A DNA stretch of 64,000 bases from positions 24,597 to 88,596 of the forward strand of contig CAYZSL010000002.1 in the NCBI GenBank assembly GCA_964481125.1. Reading direction: 5' to 3'. Positions 47,443 to 55,712 of this stretch are shown here, in pieces (positions within the stretch are counted from its first letter, which is position 1; each line of letters opens with the position of its first letter). The notes under the pieces are model-generated. The model was not told where the DNA came from and searched no databases. It was given only the letters and a program-made list of their open reading frames with translations. The translations under genes and the position numbers were made by a program. The DNA is from an uncultured Candidatus Saccharibacteria bacterium (lineage in GTDB: Bacteria; Patescibacteriota; Minisyncoccia; Minisyncoccales; RBG-13-42-11).

Positions 47443-48186
47443 TCAACGAAATTTATCGCTGAGAAAACTGACAATTTTCGGACCGACCTCAGGAGATTCC
47501 CAGGAATAATTATGCCCGGGCGCCTGAAAAGCCCTGGAAAGAGACAAATACTGTCCGTTAATCTTAGCAGCCAGCCACTTAAAAGGGCTTTCGATCAAAG
47601 AAAAAAACAAAGGGCTGACTTGGCCCCCGACTAAAGTGTCTTTTCCTTCGTTGTCCACTTGGATAAGATTGCTTTTTTTAAAATTATCTGCCCAAAAAGG
47701 AGTGCCAATGGCAATAGCAAAAACTGAATCTTTGATCTCTTCGGAAATGTTTTCGTAGGTTTTCGTAACAAAAGCTCCGCCAATAGAAAGCCCGGTAATA
47801 ATTATTTTCTTGTCCGGAAAAGCTTTATTAATCTCTTCTATTTTTCCAGCCAAATCTTTTGAAGAATTTTTAAAATTATTTGATAATTCCCTTAAACTGG
47901 ACACTTCGCCCAACAGATCGTCTTTCGTCCTAATATAGGGAATAACCACTGTGCTGTATCCCCACTGGCCAAGAGTCTGCTGCATTTTTTCAACAATCGG
48001 GGCGAAATCATCCGCTTTTTCAAAAGGCACGTTGCCCCAGCCCCCGGAATTAAAAATAATGATAATATCTCTGTCCTGAGACAACGATAAAACCTCCTGC
48101 GGCTGTAAATTGTCCGGCATGACTTCCGGCCCGAAAAGTACGAATAAAGCGATGAGAATTGTAAAAAGATAAATAAATTTCTTCAT
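47443..48186 (-). CDS. Secreted alpha/beta-hydrolase-like protein
   Basis: Signal/TM N-terminus, ITGLSIGG nucleophile-elbow-like motif, C-terminal GHNY. Confidence 0.65.
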   Translation of the reverse strand: MKKFIYLFTILIALFVLFGPEVMPDNLQPQEVLSLSQDRDIIIIFNSGGWGNVPFEKADDFAPIVEKMQQTLGQWGYSTVVIPYIRTKDDLLGEVSSLRELSNNFKNSSKDLAGKIEEINKAFPDKKIIITGLSIGGAFVTKTYENISEEIKDSVFAIAIGTPFWADNFKKSNLIQVDNEGKDTLVGGQVSPLFFSLIESPFKWLAAKINGQYLSLSRAFQAPGHNYSWESPEVGPKIVSFLSDKFR

Positions 48187-48815
48187 CTTTTTTTCCTTCG
48201 ATGGAATCTTTTTTCCAAGACCGTTAAAAACTCTAATAGAACATCGTCATCAAAAAATTCCCTTGCCCACAACCACCAAGGAACCAAAGGGGGATTTTTG
48301 CGCTTTTCCCAGTATTCGTAGGCCTGCAAGAAGTTTTCCATCCTGTCTGCCTGGTGGAAAAATCTTCCTTCCGGAGTCAGTTTTTTCTCGTAATCCAACC
48401 AGATATTCCTTATCTCGCTCTTTAAATCTGAAGGCAGTTTTGCGATAAGCTTTTCTAATCCTTTTCTTTCTCTCTTGTATTTACTGGCAGCAATTCTTTC
48501 TTTCTTAGCATCTGAGAACCTTGGCCACGTTTTCATCAGTTCTTTAAGCTTTTTTTTGTTCTTGGGCAAAATCGAGTCGTACGGAGTCGTATCTCCAGCA
48601 TATATTTCGCACAAATCATGAACAAGAGCAATTTTTATAAGCTTTTCCAGATTAATACCTTTTTTCTTCCTGCCCAAAACCCAACCCAATATGGCTGCGC
48701 GGAAAACATGCTCAGCAATGCTTTCTGGGTCTTTAATCTGGTTTATAACCCAACCCTTTCTTTTATTTCTTTTCAATTTACCAACTTCAATCAAAAAATT
48801 AAGTACGTCTTTCAT
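48183..48815 (-). CDS. HD-domain hydrolase (HDDC2/YfbR-like)
   Basis: LK...RKGW, ESIAEH.FR, VHDLCE..AGD.TP. Confidence 0.9.
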   Translation of the reverse strand: MKDVLNFLIEVGKLKRNKRKGWVINQIKDPESIAEHVFRAAILGWVLGRKKKGINLEKLIKIALVHDLCEIYAGDTTPYDSILPKNKKKLKELMKTWPRFSDAKKERIAASKYKRERKGLEKLIAKLPSDLKSEIRNIWLDYEKKLTPEGRFFHQADRMENFLQAYEYWEKRKNPPLVPWWLWAREFFDDDVLLEFLTVLEKRFHRRKKR

Positions 48816-48897
48816 GCTTATTCAATTTATCATATTCCAGCCAAATAAAAAAGAGAGTAAAAAACCCTCTCAAAACCAAAATGAGACAGAAATTCTA

Positions 48898-49374
48898 TCA
48901 GCTAGTTCTGTATTTTATCTTTTTAATCTTGTAAGTTGTCTGAATTGGAGAAGAAACAACAACTGCTTCTCCGATCCTGTGGCCCAAAAGAGCCATACCA
49001 ACAGGTGATTCATTGGAAATTTTACCGGCAGAAGGATTGGCCTCCAGAGAACCCACTAAAGTAAATTCATCAGTCTGTCCGCCAACTTCAACTGAAATGG
49101 TCGCTCCCAAATCAACAATATTTTGCTTTTCTTTGCGGGGAAACTTAATCAGCGTAGCACTCTTAATAATGCTATCTATCTCCGATATCCTTGATTCCAA
49201 AAAACTGACATCTTCCTGGAAAATAAGATATTCCGGATTTAAATCTTCAGACTGCAAAACCTTAGGAGATTCTCCCCTAGTTTTAGCAAGCTTAAGCTCT
49301 TTTAAGCTCTTGTATTCGTTCTTTATCTTTTCCAGTCCTTCTTTAGTTAGATAAAACTTTTTTTCTTCTGTCAT
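48898..49374 (-). CDS. greA: GreA/GreB family transcription elongation factor
   Basis: YLTKEGLEK, NPEY, VGSLEANP..GKISNESPVG.ALLG. Confidence 0.9.
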   Translation of the reverse strand: MTEEKKFYLTKEGLEKIKNEYKSLKELKLAKTRGESPKVLQSEDLNPEYLIFQEDVSFLESRISEIDSIIKSATLIKFPRKEKQNIVDLGATISVEVGGQTDEFTLVGSLEANPSAGKISNESPVGMALLGHRIGEAVVVSSPIQTTYKIKKIKYRTS

Positions 49375-49380
49375 GTTTTT

Positions 49381-49447
49381 AAAAACCCCTCTTGGTTGAG
49401 AGGGGAAGTAGTTTTAAGTTGAGTTATTTACTAATAATCCCCTCTCA
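49381..49447 (-). promoter_or_regulatory. Terminator/antiterminator pair in the greA leader
   Basis: Terminator CCCCTCT-N6-AGAGGGG-TTTTT (49381-49405) overlaps a competing 10-bp stem 49397-49406/49438-49447. Confidence 0.65.
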
Positions 49448-49531
49448 GCAGTTAATTTTTACAAAAGTCAAAACCATAGTGGCAGAGACCTTTTTCAAAA
49501 TTGACCAAACTCTATAGGGATTATGTGTCAT
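49445..49531 (-). CDS. Putative greA leader peptide (28 aa)
   Basis: MTHNPYRVWSILKKVSATMVLTFVKINC*; its stop lies in the antiterminator strand. Confidence 0.45.
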   Translation of the reverse strand: MTHNPYRVWSILKKVSATMVLTFVKINC

Positions 49532-49559
49532 GTTTTTTCGTTGAATACTATCTTTTTTA

Positions 49560-49587
49560 ATTATAGTCTATTCAGAATCCTTGTCAA
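49560..49587 (-). promoter_or_regulatory. Sigma70-type promoter for the greA leader
   Basis: TTGACA-N16-TATAAT. Confidence 0.72.
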
Positions 49588-49615
49588 CCCCTGAACCCTG
49601 TCCTACATGTCCTAC

Positions 49616-50863
49616 TTAGAATAATGTTTTTTGCTTCAATAATTTCTTGCCTTCACCCTGATCAAAAATCCTGATCTTGCCGAAAACTCCGTCATATCCT
49701 GGCTCTTTGTTTACCTTTCCCTCTCTTACCCTTAATATTCCTTCTGCAATATTAGGGAAAGCAGCTGATTTCAGCTTTTCTGGCGAAGCATTAAGAAGAA
49801 TCTCAAATTCAGAGCCGAATTCCTCAATTAGGCTTTGATATGTTTTTTCTACTTGTTTACTGGCTACGGTCATACCCAAGGTATCAGCAACAATTTCTAT
49901 CAGAGGAACTAAACTTTTAAAAGGTATGGCATTTTCCGGCTCGAATCCTTCTTCTTTATCAGACAGCGCATCAACCCTGTTTAAAACTCCGACGGTTAAC
50001 GGCTTGCCGCAAACCGGACAGATACCGTTGTATTTTTTGGTTTCTGCGGGAGAAAGCCTGACATCGCAGTTCCGGTGTCCGTCAAAATGATATTTGCCTT
50101 CTTCCGGAAAAAACTCAATGGTGTATAAAAACTTCTTTGGGTCTTTGGTTTTAATTGCTTCGACAATTGATTGATAGCTTAACTCCGTATCAAAAACATT
50201 GGCTTCCCTGCCTATCTTCCTCGGACTATGCGCATCGCTGTTTGAGATAAGGGCTGTTTTTCGGCCGTCTGGCATACGCCAAAGCATGTCCGGAGAAGCG
50301 CTAAGACCAGTTTCCATTGCATAAATGTATTTTGATAAATCTTCAAAACATTCCTCGATCGAATCAAATCCTGATTTTGAACCGAAAATGGCGAACCATG
50401 GAGTGAGACAATGACATGGCACAACCAGACAATCCTCAGAGACACCTAAAACGATCTTAGCTAATTCCTTAGCATCTAATCCCAGAATCGGCCTACCATC
50501 TGATTTTAAATTGCCGATCCAGCCCAGCTGAACGTTAATCTTTTCTACTGCCTCAAAGGAAGGAGCGAACAATAAAACATGGATCTTCCTGACTCTGTTG
50601 TTTTTTGAATAAATACAGCTTATTTCATTGGTCAGGATAAAACGCGTACCGTTATCCTGTTTTTTAATTTTAAAAAGCCCTGGCTCTGCGGGCTCTAATT
50701 TATCTTTTAAAGATTTAAACCACTCCGGATGGCTGAAGTCGCCAGTCCCTAAAACCTTAATGCCCTTGATCTTCGCCCACTTATCAAGATTTTCCAAATC
50801 CATGTCCCTAGAAGTGGCTCTCGAATATTTGCTGTGAATGTGAAAATCCGCTATGAACTTCAT
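49616..50863 (-). CDS. Endonuclease Q family (PHP domain) protein
   Basis: ADFHIHSKYSRATS, GTGDF.HP, ETGLS, SNSDAHS, GKYH.DGHR.C, CPVCG, PGYDG.FG. Confidence 0.9.
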   Translation of the reverse strand: MKFIADFHIHSKYSRATSRDMDLENLDKWAKIKGIKVLGTGDFSHPEWFKSLKDKLEPAEPGLFKIKKQDNGTRFILTNEISCIYSKNNRVRKIHVLLFAPSFEAVEKINVQLGWIGNLKSDGRPILGLDAKELAKIVLGVSEDCLVVPCHCLTPWFAIFGSKSGFDSIEECFEDLSKYIYAMETGLSASPDMLWRMPDGRKTALISNSDAHSPRKIGREANVFDTELSYQSIVEAIKTKDPKKFLYTIEFFPEEGKYHFDGHRNCDVRLSPAETKKYNGICPVCGKPLTVGVLNRVDALSDKEEGFEPENAIPFKSLVPLIEIVADTLGMTVASKQVEKTYQSLIEEFGSEFEILLNASPEKLKSAAFPNIAEGILRVREGKVNKEPGYDGVFGKIRIFDQGEGKKLLKQKTLF

Positions 50864-50930
50864 CCCAATAAAGCTGCCAAAAATAGGCATCCGAAAACTA
50901 GACGGAAAAATAGCTTCTAGTATGTTTTAT

Positions 50931-51194
50931 CTATAGTCTGAAAACCTTGTATCCTTCGTGAACTCTCTGGGGAACCTTTAAGCCGACAGAATTGCCTCTG
51001 CTAGCTTCCCTGACTTTCTTGTGGTCCACTTCCATAGAATCGACCTTATGCTCAAAATCAGTGTCTCCGCCGACTATCCTGATAGTGTCTCCTACCCTTA
51101 ATCTGTCTGAAACATCAATCACCGCTACTCCGATGTGGCCGAAAAAGTGGGTAATTCTGCCTATTAATTTTCCTTCTCTTTTTTCGTCTGCCAT
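50931..51194 (-). CDS. Small beta-barrel protein (translation-factor-like / U32 C-terminal-like)
   Basis: IGRITHFF.HIGVA, L.VGD.I.I.G..TDF...V.SM. Confidence 0.75.
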   Translation of the reverse strand: MADEKREGKLIGRITHFFGHIGVAVIDVSDRLRVGDTIRIVGGDTDFEHKVDSMEVDHKKVREASRGNSVGLKVPQRVHEGYKVFRL

Positions 51195-51226
51195 ATTTTT
51201 AAAATGTATTTATATGTATGCGACCT

Positions 51227-51790
51227 TTAGTTTTTGTATTTTGAATTTGATTTTTTCTCTTTTTTAATCAAATTAATGACTTCCTGAACCAGTTTCTTGG
51301 GATCTTCATCATAAACAATTTTTGCCACTTTTCGGTGGGGACCGGTAATAATTGACCTTATCTTGTCGGCTGTCCCGCCTGTTCCTTCCAAAACGCCTAT
51401 TGGCTTTTGGATTTCAAAGGCAGTGGTAAATTCGTGCAAAGTGCCCATTCTGCCGCAGATAATGATAACTGCATCTGCTGACTTTGTCATAATGGTATCT
51501 CTGCCCACGTAATCTGCTCCGGTATAGATCATAACGTCAAAAGGCTCTAAAGGCAGTTTGTAAGTTTTCAAATGGGCGCCCTCTGAAGTGGCTGGTGAAA
51601 AGCCAACGTTAAAACCGCCAGCTTTTTTGCATCCCAAGGCAGCAAAGTAAGGAACGCCGGTAGTCGCTCCTGTAACAAGTACGCACTTTTTCTTGGCGAT
51701 TTCCCGACCAACCTCTTCTGACACTCTTTTAATATTTCTGCAGCAATGGCTGGTTCTGGCCGCGCCTGAAACAACGATTTTGTAATTCAT
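51227..51790 (-). CDS. LOG/SLOG family protein
   Basis: GREIA....LVTGA..G, GR.GTLHEF..A, GTGG. Confidence 0.85.
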   Translation of the reverse strand: MNYKIVVSGAARTSHCCRNIKRVSEEVGREIAKKKCVLVTGATTGVPYFAALGCKKAGGFNVGFSPATSEGAHLKTYKLPLEPFDVMIYTGADYVGRDTIMTKSADAVIIICGRMGTLHEFTTAFEIQKPIGVLEGTGGTADKIRSIITGPHRKVAKIVYDEDPKKLVQEVINLIKKEKKSNSKYKN

Positions 51791-51824
51791 AAGCTATTCT
51801 TATTTTAACACAACTCTTTAAATT

Positions 51825-51849
51825 AAAAAATCCCGCTATAAGCCGGATT
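51825..51849 (-). terminator. Intrinsic terminator
   Basis: Minus strand AATCCGGCT-TAT-AGCGGGATT followed by a U-tract. Confidence 0.6.
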
Positions 51850-51854
51850 CTTTA

Positions 51855-51983
51855 ATAAGGGGGAATAGCTCTTGACGAACTTGATTGTTCACTTAAGTCT
51901 AGTTGGACATTGTTAGGCAGCTGCTGTATCTCCTTCATCAAAAACTATCTGTCCTTTTGGGCAAAAAACCCGCACCCCCTCAC
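51855..51983 (-). ncRNA. Putative ~130-nt small structured RNA
   Basis: Closing stem GTGAGGGGG/CCCCCTTAT, 15-bp internal stem with G-U pairs, own promoter (51989-52016, TTGACA-N16-TAAACT) and terminator. Confidence 0.5.
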
Positions 51984-52071
51984 TTTTAAGTTTAATTGAG
52001 TGATATTTTTTGTCAAGATTTTGTTGATTCTAACCTCTATAAAGAAAAAGTGGCAAGGCTCTCAGCTTTAT

Positions 52072-52578
52072 CTAAATTCCAAATTTCCGGATAGCCTCAT
52101 TCATATCTTCTGCTAAAGCCATCCTTGTCATTTTTTGAATATCAGAGGGAATTGGTTTATAACTTGCTGGCATTCTAAACTTTCTGTAGTTTTGGAGTTT
52201 TTTAAACTTATCTCGTGGAAGTTCTGCGATATAAAGAAAACCATTTTTTTTATCATTAATTTTAGACCTAATTTCTTTAGCTGATAACTTTTCAATTTTA
52301 TTGATATCTATAAATGAGGATCTTTCCCTAAAATAATCAGGGTATTCTAAGTTTCTATTTATCCATTCAGATTCTTTGACTTCAATTGTCAAAAACTTTT
52401 GACAAGCACTGATAGAACTCATTAAAATAAAAAAATAAAAAAAATCCACTTCTAACTCTAAGGGGAATGTATTTCCAGCTAATTTATATTTTCTTCTTGT
52501 CTTTTTAATACGTTTTTCAAAAGACTTTTTGTCGAAATATACATTTCGTGTCTTGATATACTCTTCGAGAGCAATCAT
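52072..52578 (-). CDS. Hypothetical protein, candidate toxin partner
   Basis: Starts 12 nt after a Panacea-like gene; very AT-rich. Confidence 0.6.
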   Translation of the reverse strand: MIALEEYIKTRNVYFDKKSFEKRIKKTRRKYKLAGNTFPLELEVDFFYFFILMSSISACQKFLTIEVKESEWINRNLEYPDYFRERSSFIDINKIEKLSAKEIRSKINDKKNGFLYIAELPRDKFKKLQNYRKFRMPASYKPIPSDIQKMTRMALAEDMNEAIRKFGI

Positions 52579-52590
52579 AGTTTTAAAGCT

Positions 52591-53067
52591 CTATCGCTTA
52601 CCAAACTTTAATCTCAATCCTATACCCTTTGAATTATTTGTTTTTGCTCCCAATGCGATCATCGGTTTTGTTCTATAAGCTATTTCGGTAAGGGCTCTTG
52701 CGCCATATCCTTTTACTGATTCTAATAATTCATCTATTATCATCAATTCTTTGCTGTTTATTTTATCGCTATTATAATCAGAAGATTCACTAGGAGAATA
52801 TACTACAAATTCTTTCCCTGTTGTTATCGTATAGTCGCTCTTTGGAATAATTATTTTTTTATTGATTAAATCTTCAATATACAAATAAATTTTGCTATCA
52901 AAAGGACCATAATAATATCTTCTATATTTAAAATTTGATACTTGTTTTTTATATCTCTCTACGCTTATTAAGTCTACCAAATAAGCAAGCTTCATCAGGC
53001 TTGTTATTGAACATTCTGGATTTTTCTTAAGTAGAGAAAAAATCAGTTGCTTGGTTTTTTCATTCAT
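52591..53067 (-). CDS. Panacea (DUF4065/SocA-like) antitoxin domain protein
   Basis: LMKLAYLVD...F.Y....YGPF motif pattern. Confidence 0.78.
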   Translation of the reverse strand: MNEKTKQLIFSLLKKNPECSITSLMKLAYLVDLISVERYKKQVSNFKYRRYYYGPFDSKIYLYIEDLINKKIIIPKSDYTITTGKEFVVYSPSESSDYNSDKINSKELMIIDELLESVKGYGARALTEIAYRTKPMIALGAKTNNSKGIGLRLKFGKR

Positions 53068-53153
53068 ATTGTAATTATATTATTATAGCAGCTCTGTTAA
53101 AAGAATACAAGTAAAATAAAAAACTGCTCAAAAATGAATATTTTACTTTAATA

Positions 53154-53225
53154 TGCCCCCAGCAGGAATCGAACCTGCATTTTGAGTTCCGGAAACTCAT
53201 GTTTTATCCATTAAACTACAGGGGC
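53154..53225 (-). tRNA. tRNA-Arg(CCG)
   Basis: GCCCCTG/TGGGGGC acceptor, tgagt-ttCCGga-actca, GCAGG-TTCGATT-CCTGC; CCA not encoded. Confidence 0.93.
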
Positions 53226-53938
53226 TTTTTAGCAATTAAATAAATATTACCCTCTTTAGATTTTTTGTTTCTAAAACCGCCGATTTCCTTTAACTTTAAA
53301 TCAGACCTTTCAGCTAGTTCTTTTAATTCGTTCTTTGTAAAAAAGTGGACATAACGTAGGAGAACGTTTTTCCAAGGAATGAAAAAATCTTTAAAATCGA
53401 GTTTTGATTTTCCTAAAATTTTTAAGATAAAACATTTTAAAAAACCTGAAAATCTTTTGTACCGACCGGTTAGAATCATATTAATCGGATTCAAGTTCCA
53501 AACAGTTAAAATTAGCATTCCTTTGGGCTTCATGATTCTTTTTATCTCTTTTAAAAATTTGAGGCGCAATTCTTTAGATGGAATATGATGCAATACGGCA
53601 ATACATAAAACTCTATCGAAAAGATTATCCGGAAATGGTAAATTAAAAGCAGACGAAACTAGAAAATTACCGTTAGGATACTTGTTTTTCGCAATTTCAA
53701 TTAATCTTTCTGAAAAATCTACTCCGGTATAATCAACTTTTTTGTCGTTAAATATTTCAAAAAATCTTCCATTTCCACAACCTAGATCTAAAACTCTATC
53801 TCCGACAAAAATGTATCGCAAGAACCATTCTTTCTCTTTAGGGGAAACGAAATTTCTAGTCTTTGACCAGTCCTCAGCAATTAGATTATAATCTTCCTTA
53901 GTTTTACCTAATAAATATTTAGCAAAATCTTTATCCAT
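53216..53938 (-). CDS. Class I SAM methyltransferase, Trm9/ALKBH8-like
   Basis: YNLIAEDWSKTR, DLGCGNGR, IAVLHH, LTVW, DFFIPW, RYVHFF..EL. Confidence 0.85.
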   Translation of the reverse strand: MDKDFAKYLLGKTKEDYNLIAEDWSKTRNFVSPKEKEWFLRYIFVGDRVLDLGCGNGRFFEIFNDKKVDYTGVDFSERLIEIAKNKYPNGNFLVSSAFNLPFPDNLFDRVLCIAVLHHIPSKELRLKFLKEIKRIMKPKGMLILTVWNLNPINMILTGRYKRFSGFLKCFILKILGKSKLDFKDFFIPWKNVLLRYVHFFTKNELKELAERSDLKLKEIGGFRNKKSKEGNIYLIAKKPL

Positions 53939-55469
53939 GAATCATTTAGAATTAATAGTCAGAGAAATTATTAAAAATCGGGTAAAAGACCGTGATACTT
54001 TAGCTAAAATCAATAGAAAAGCTGCTAAAAACCACAAAATCCCTTGTCCAGATAACATTTCTCTATTAAAAACTTACCACGAATTAACCAAAAAGAGAAA
54101 AATAAAAAAATCTCCACTTTTGGAGCTTTTGTTGATTACAAGGCCGGTTCGTTCGCTATCCGGTATAGTAAATATTTCAGTTTTAACAAAGCCATATCCT
54201 TGTCCTGGCAAATGCCTTTATTGCCCACAAGAAGCAAATATACCGAAAAGCTATGTTTCAGGGGAACCAGCCGTAGAAAGAGCTAAAAAACTGAATTACG
54301 ACCCATACTTACAAACAAAATTAAGAATTGAGATGTTGGAATACGAAGGACATCCCACTGACAAGATTGAACTGAGGATTGTCGGTGGCACCTGGTCTTT
54401 CTATCCTAAAAAATACCAGGAATGGTTCGTTAAAAGATGTTTTGACGCCTGTAACAAAAGAAAAAACAAAACCTTAAAAGAAGCCCAAAAAATCAATGAA
54501 AAAGCAAAACATAGAATAGTCGGATTATCCATTGAAACAAGGCCTGATTTCATAAACGAAAAAGAAATAAAGCAGTTAAGGACCTTAGGAACAACAATGG
54601 TTGAACTGGGAGTGCAAACTATTTACGACAACATTCTCGACATAAACTTAAGAGGCCACAAAGTAAAAGAAACAATTTCAGCGACAAAGCTTTTAAAAGA
54701 TGCTGGCTTTAAGGTTCTTTATCAGATAATGCCCAATTTATTAGGATCCAACGTAAAAAAAGATGAAGCAATGTTCAAAGAATTGTTCAAAAACCAAGAT
54801 TTCCAACCGGATCTCTTAAAAATATATCCTTGCGCCCTTTTAAAAGAAGCTCCTCTATATAAATTATGGAAAAAGAAAAAATATAAGCCTTATACAGAAA
54901 AACAACTAATAAATCTAATTAAAAGCATAAAAAAGAAAATCCCTTCATATATAAGAATTCAAAGAATAAGCAGGGATATTCCTTCTTCGCGCATTATCGC
55001 TGGTCCGGCCAAAATCTCTAATATCCGCCAGATTCTGAAAAACCAAAACATACACTGTAAATGCATAAGATGCAGAGAAGTAAGAGATAACTACAAACAG
55101 AAAGAAAAGCTGTATTTATTCAGAAAAGAATACAAAGCTTCCAAAGGTAAAGAAATATTCTTAAGCTTTGAAAATAAAAACAGAACAAAGCTTTACAGTT
55201 TGCTCCGTTTAAGGAAAACTTCAGAAAACCAAGCAATTATAAGAGAAATACACACTTTCGGCCAACAGCTGCCAATAAGCGAACGCCAAAATGCCATATC
55301 CCCCCAGCACCAGGGACTGGGCAAGAAACTAATAAAAGAAGCTGAAAGAATAACAAAAAAAGAATTCAAGTTAAAAAAAATCAGCGTTATTGCCGCTGTC
55401 GGAGCGAGAAACTATTTCAGAAAATCAGGATATAAGCTGGAAGACACTTATATGGTTAAGATTCTTTAA
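53937..55469 (+). CDS. elp3: Elp3 family radical SAM / acetyltransferase (tRNA U34 carboxymethyltransferase)
   Basis: R.LSG, CPGKCLYCP, PKSY...EPA, ETRPD, ELGVQ, R.QR..RDIP, CIRCRE, QH.G.G. Confidence 0.93.
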   Translation: MNHLELIVREIIKNRVKDRDTLAKINRKAAKNHKIPCPDNISLLKTYHELTKKRKIKKSPLLELLLITRPVRSLSGIVNISVLTKPYPCPGKCLYCPQEANIPKSYVSGEPAVERAKKLNYDPYLQTKLRIEMLEYEGHPTDKIELRIVGGTWSFYPKKYQEWFVKRCFDACNKRKNKTLKEAQKINEKAKHRIVGLSIETRPDFINEKEIKQLRTLGTTMVELGVQTIYDNILDINLRGHKVKETISATKLLKDAGFKVLYQIMPNLLGSNVKKDEAMFKELFKNQDFQPDLLKIYPCALLKEAPLYKLWKKKKYKPYTEKQLINLIKSIKKKIPSYIRIQRISRDIPSSRIIAGPAKISNIRQILKNQNIHCKCIRCREVRDNYKQKEKLYLFRKEYKASKGKEIFLSFENKNRTKLYSLLRLRKTSENQAIIREIHTFGQQLPISERQNAISPQHQGLGKKLIKEAERITKKEFKLKKISVIAAVGARNYFRKSGYKLEDTYMVKIL

Positions 55470-55543
55470 CCCTACGTTCTTCAGCTTTCCTCGTGCTTTT
55501 ATATATAAACCTGCTAGGCGTACGATAAGCCAACTTTCCTCTT

Positions 55544-55708
55544 TTAGCTCTTTTCGACGAGTAATTCTTCATTCTTTTTATTTACAAGTCTTTTATACAA
55601 TTCATCAATCAATCTTTCATGTTCTTTCGAACTTAAACCATCCCGGCGAATCCGGGCTTTTTCAAAACGAATATATTTGCACAGTGATTTCGGCAGTTTC
55701 TTTTCCAT
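55544..55708 (-). CDS. Small basic hypothetical protein (54 aa), not in the ORF track
   Basis: ATG 4 nt after the murE stop: MEKKLPKSLCKYIRFEKARIRRDGLSSKEHERLIDELYKRLVNKKNEELLVEKS*. Confidence 0.6.
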   Translation of the reverse strand: MEKKLPKSLCKYIRFEKARIRRDGLSSKEHERLIDELYKRLVNKKNEELLVEKS

Positions 55709-55712
55709 AATA

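Noticed and set aside
51835-51852. AGAATCCGGCTTATAG (minus) resembles the RNase P RNA 3' conserved region
   Set aside because: No upstream GAGGAAAGTCC partner and too little room; a terminator hairpin explains the sequence.
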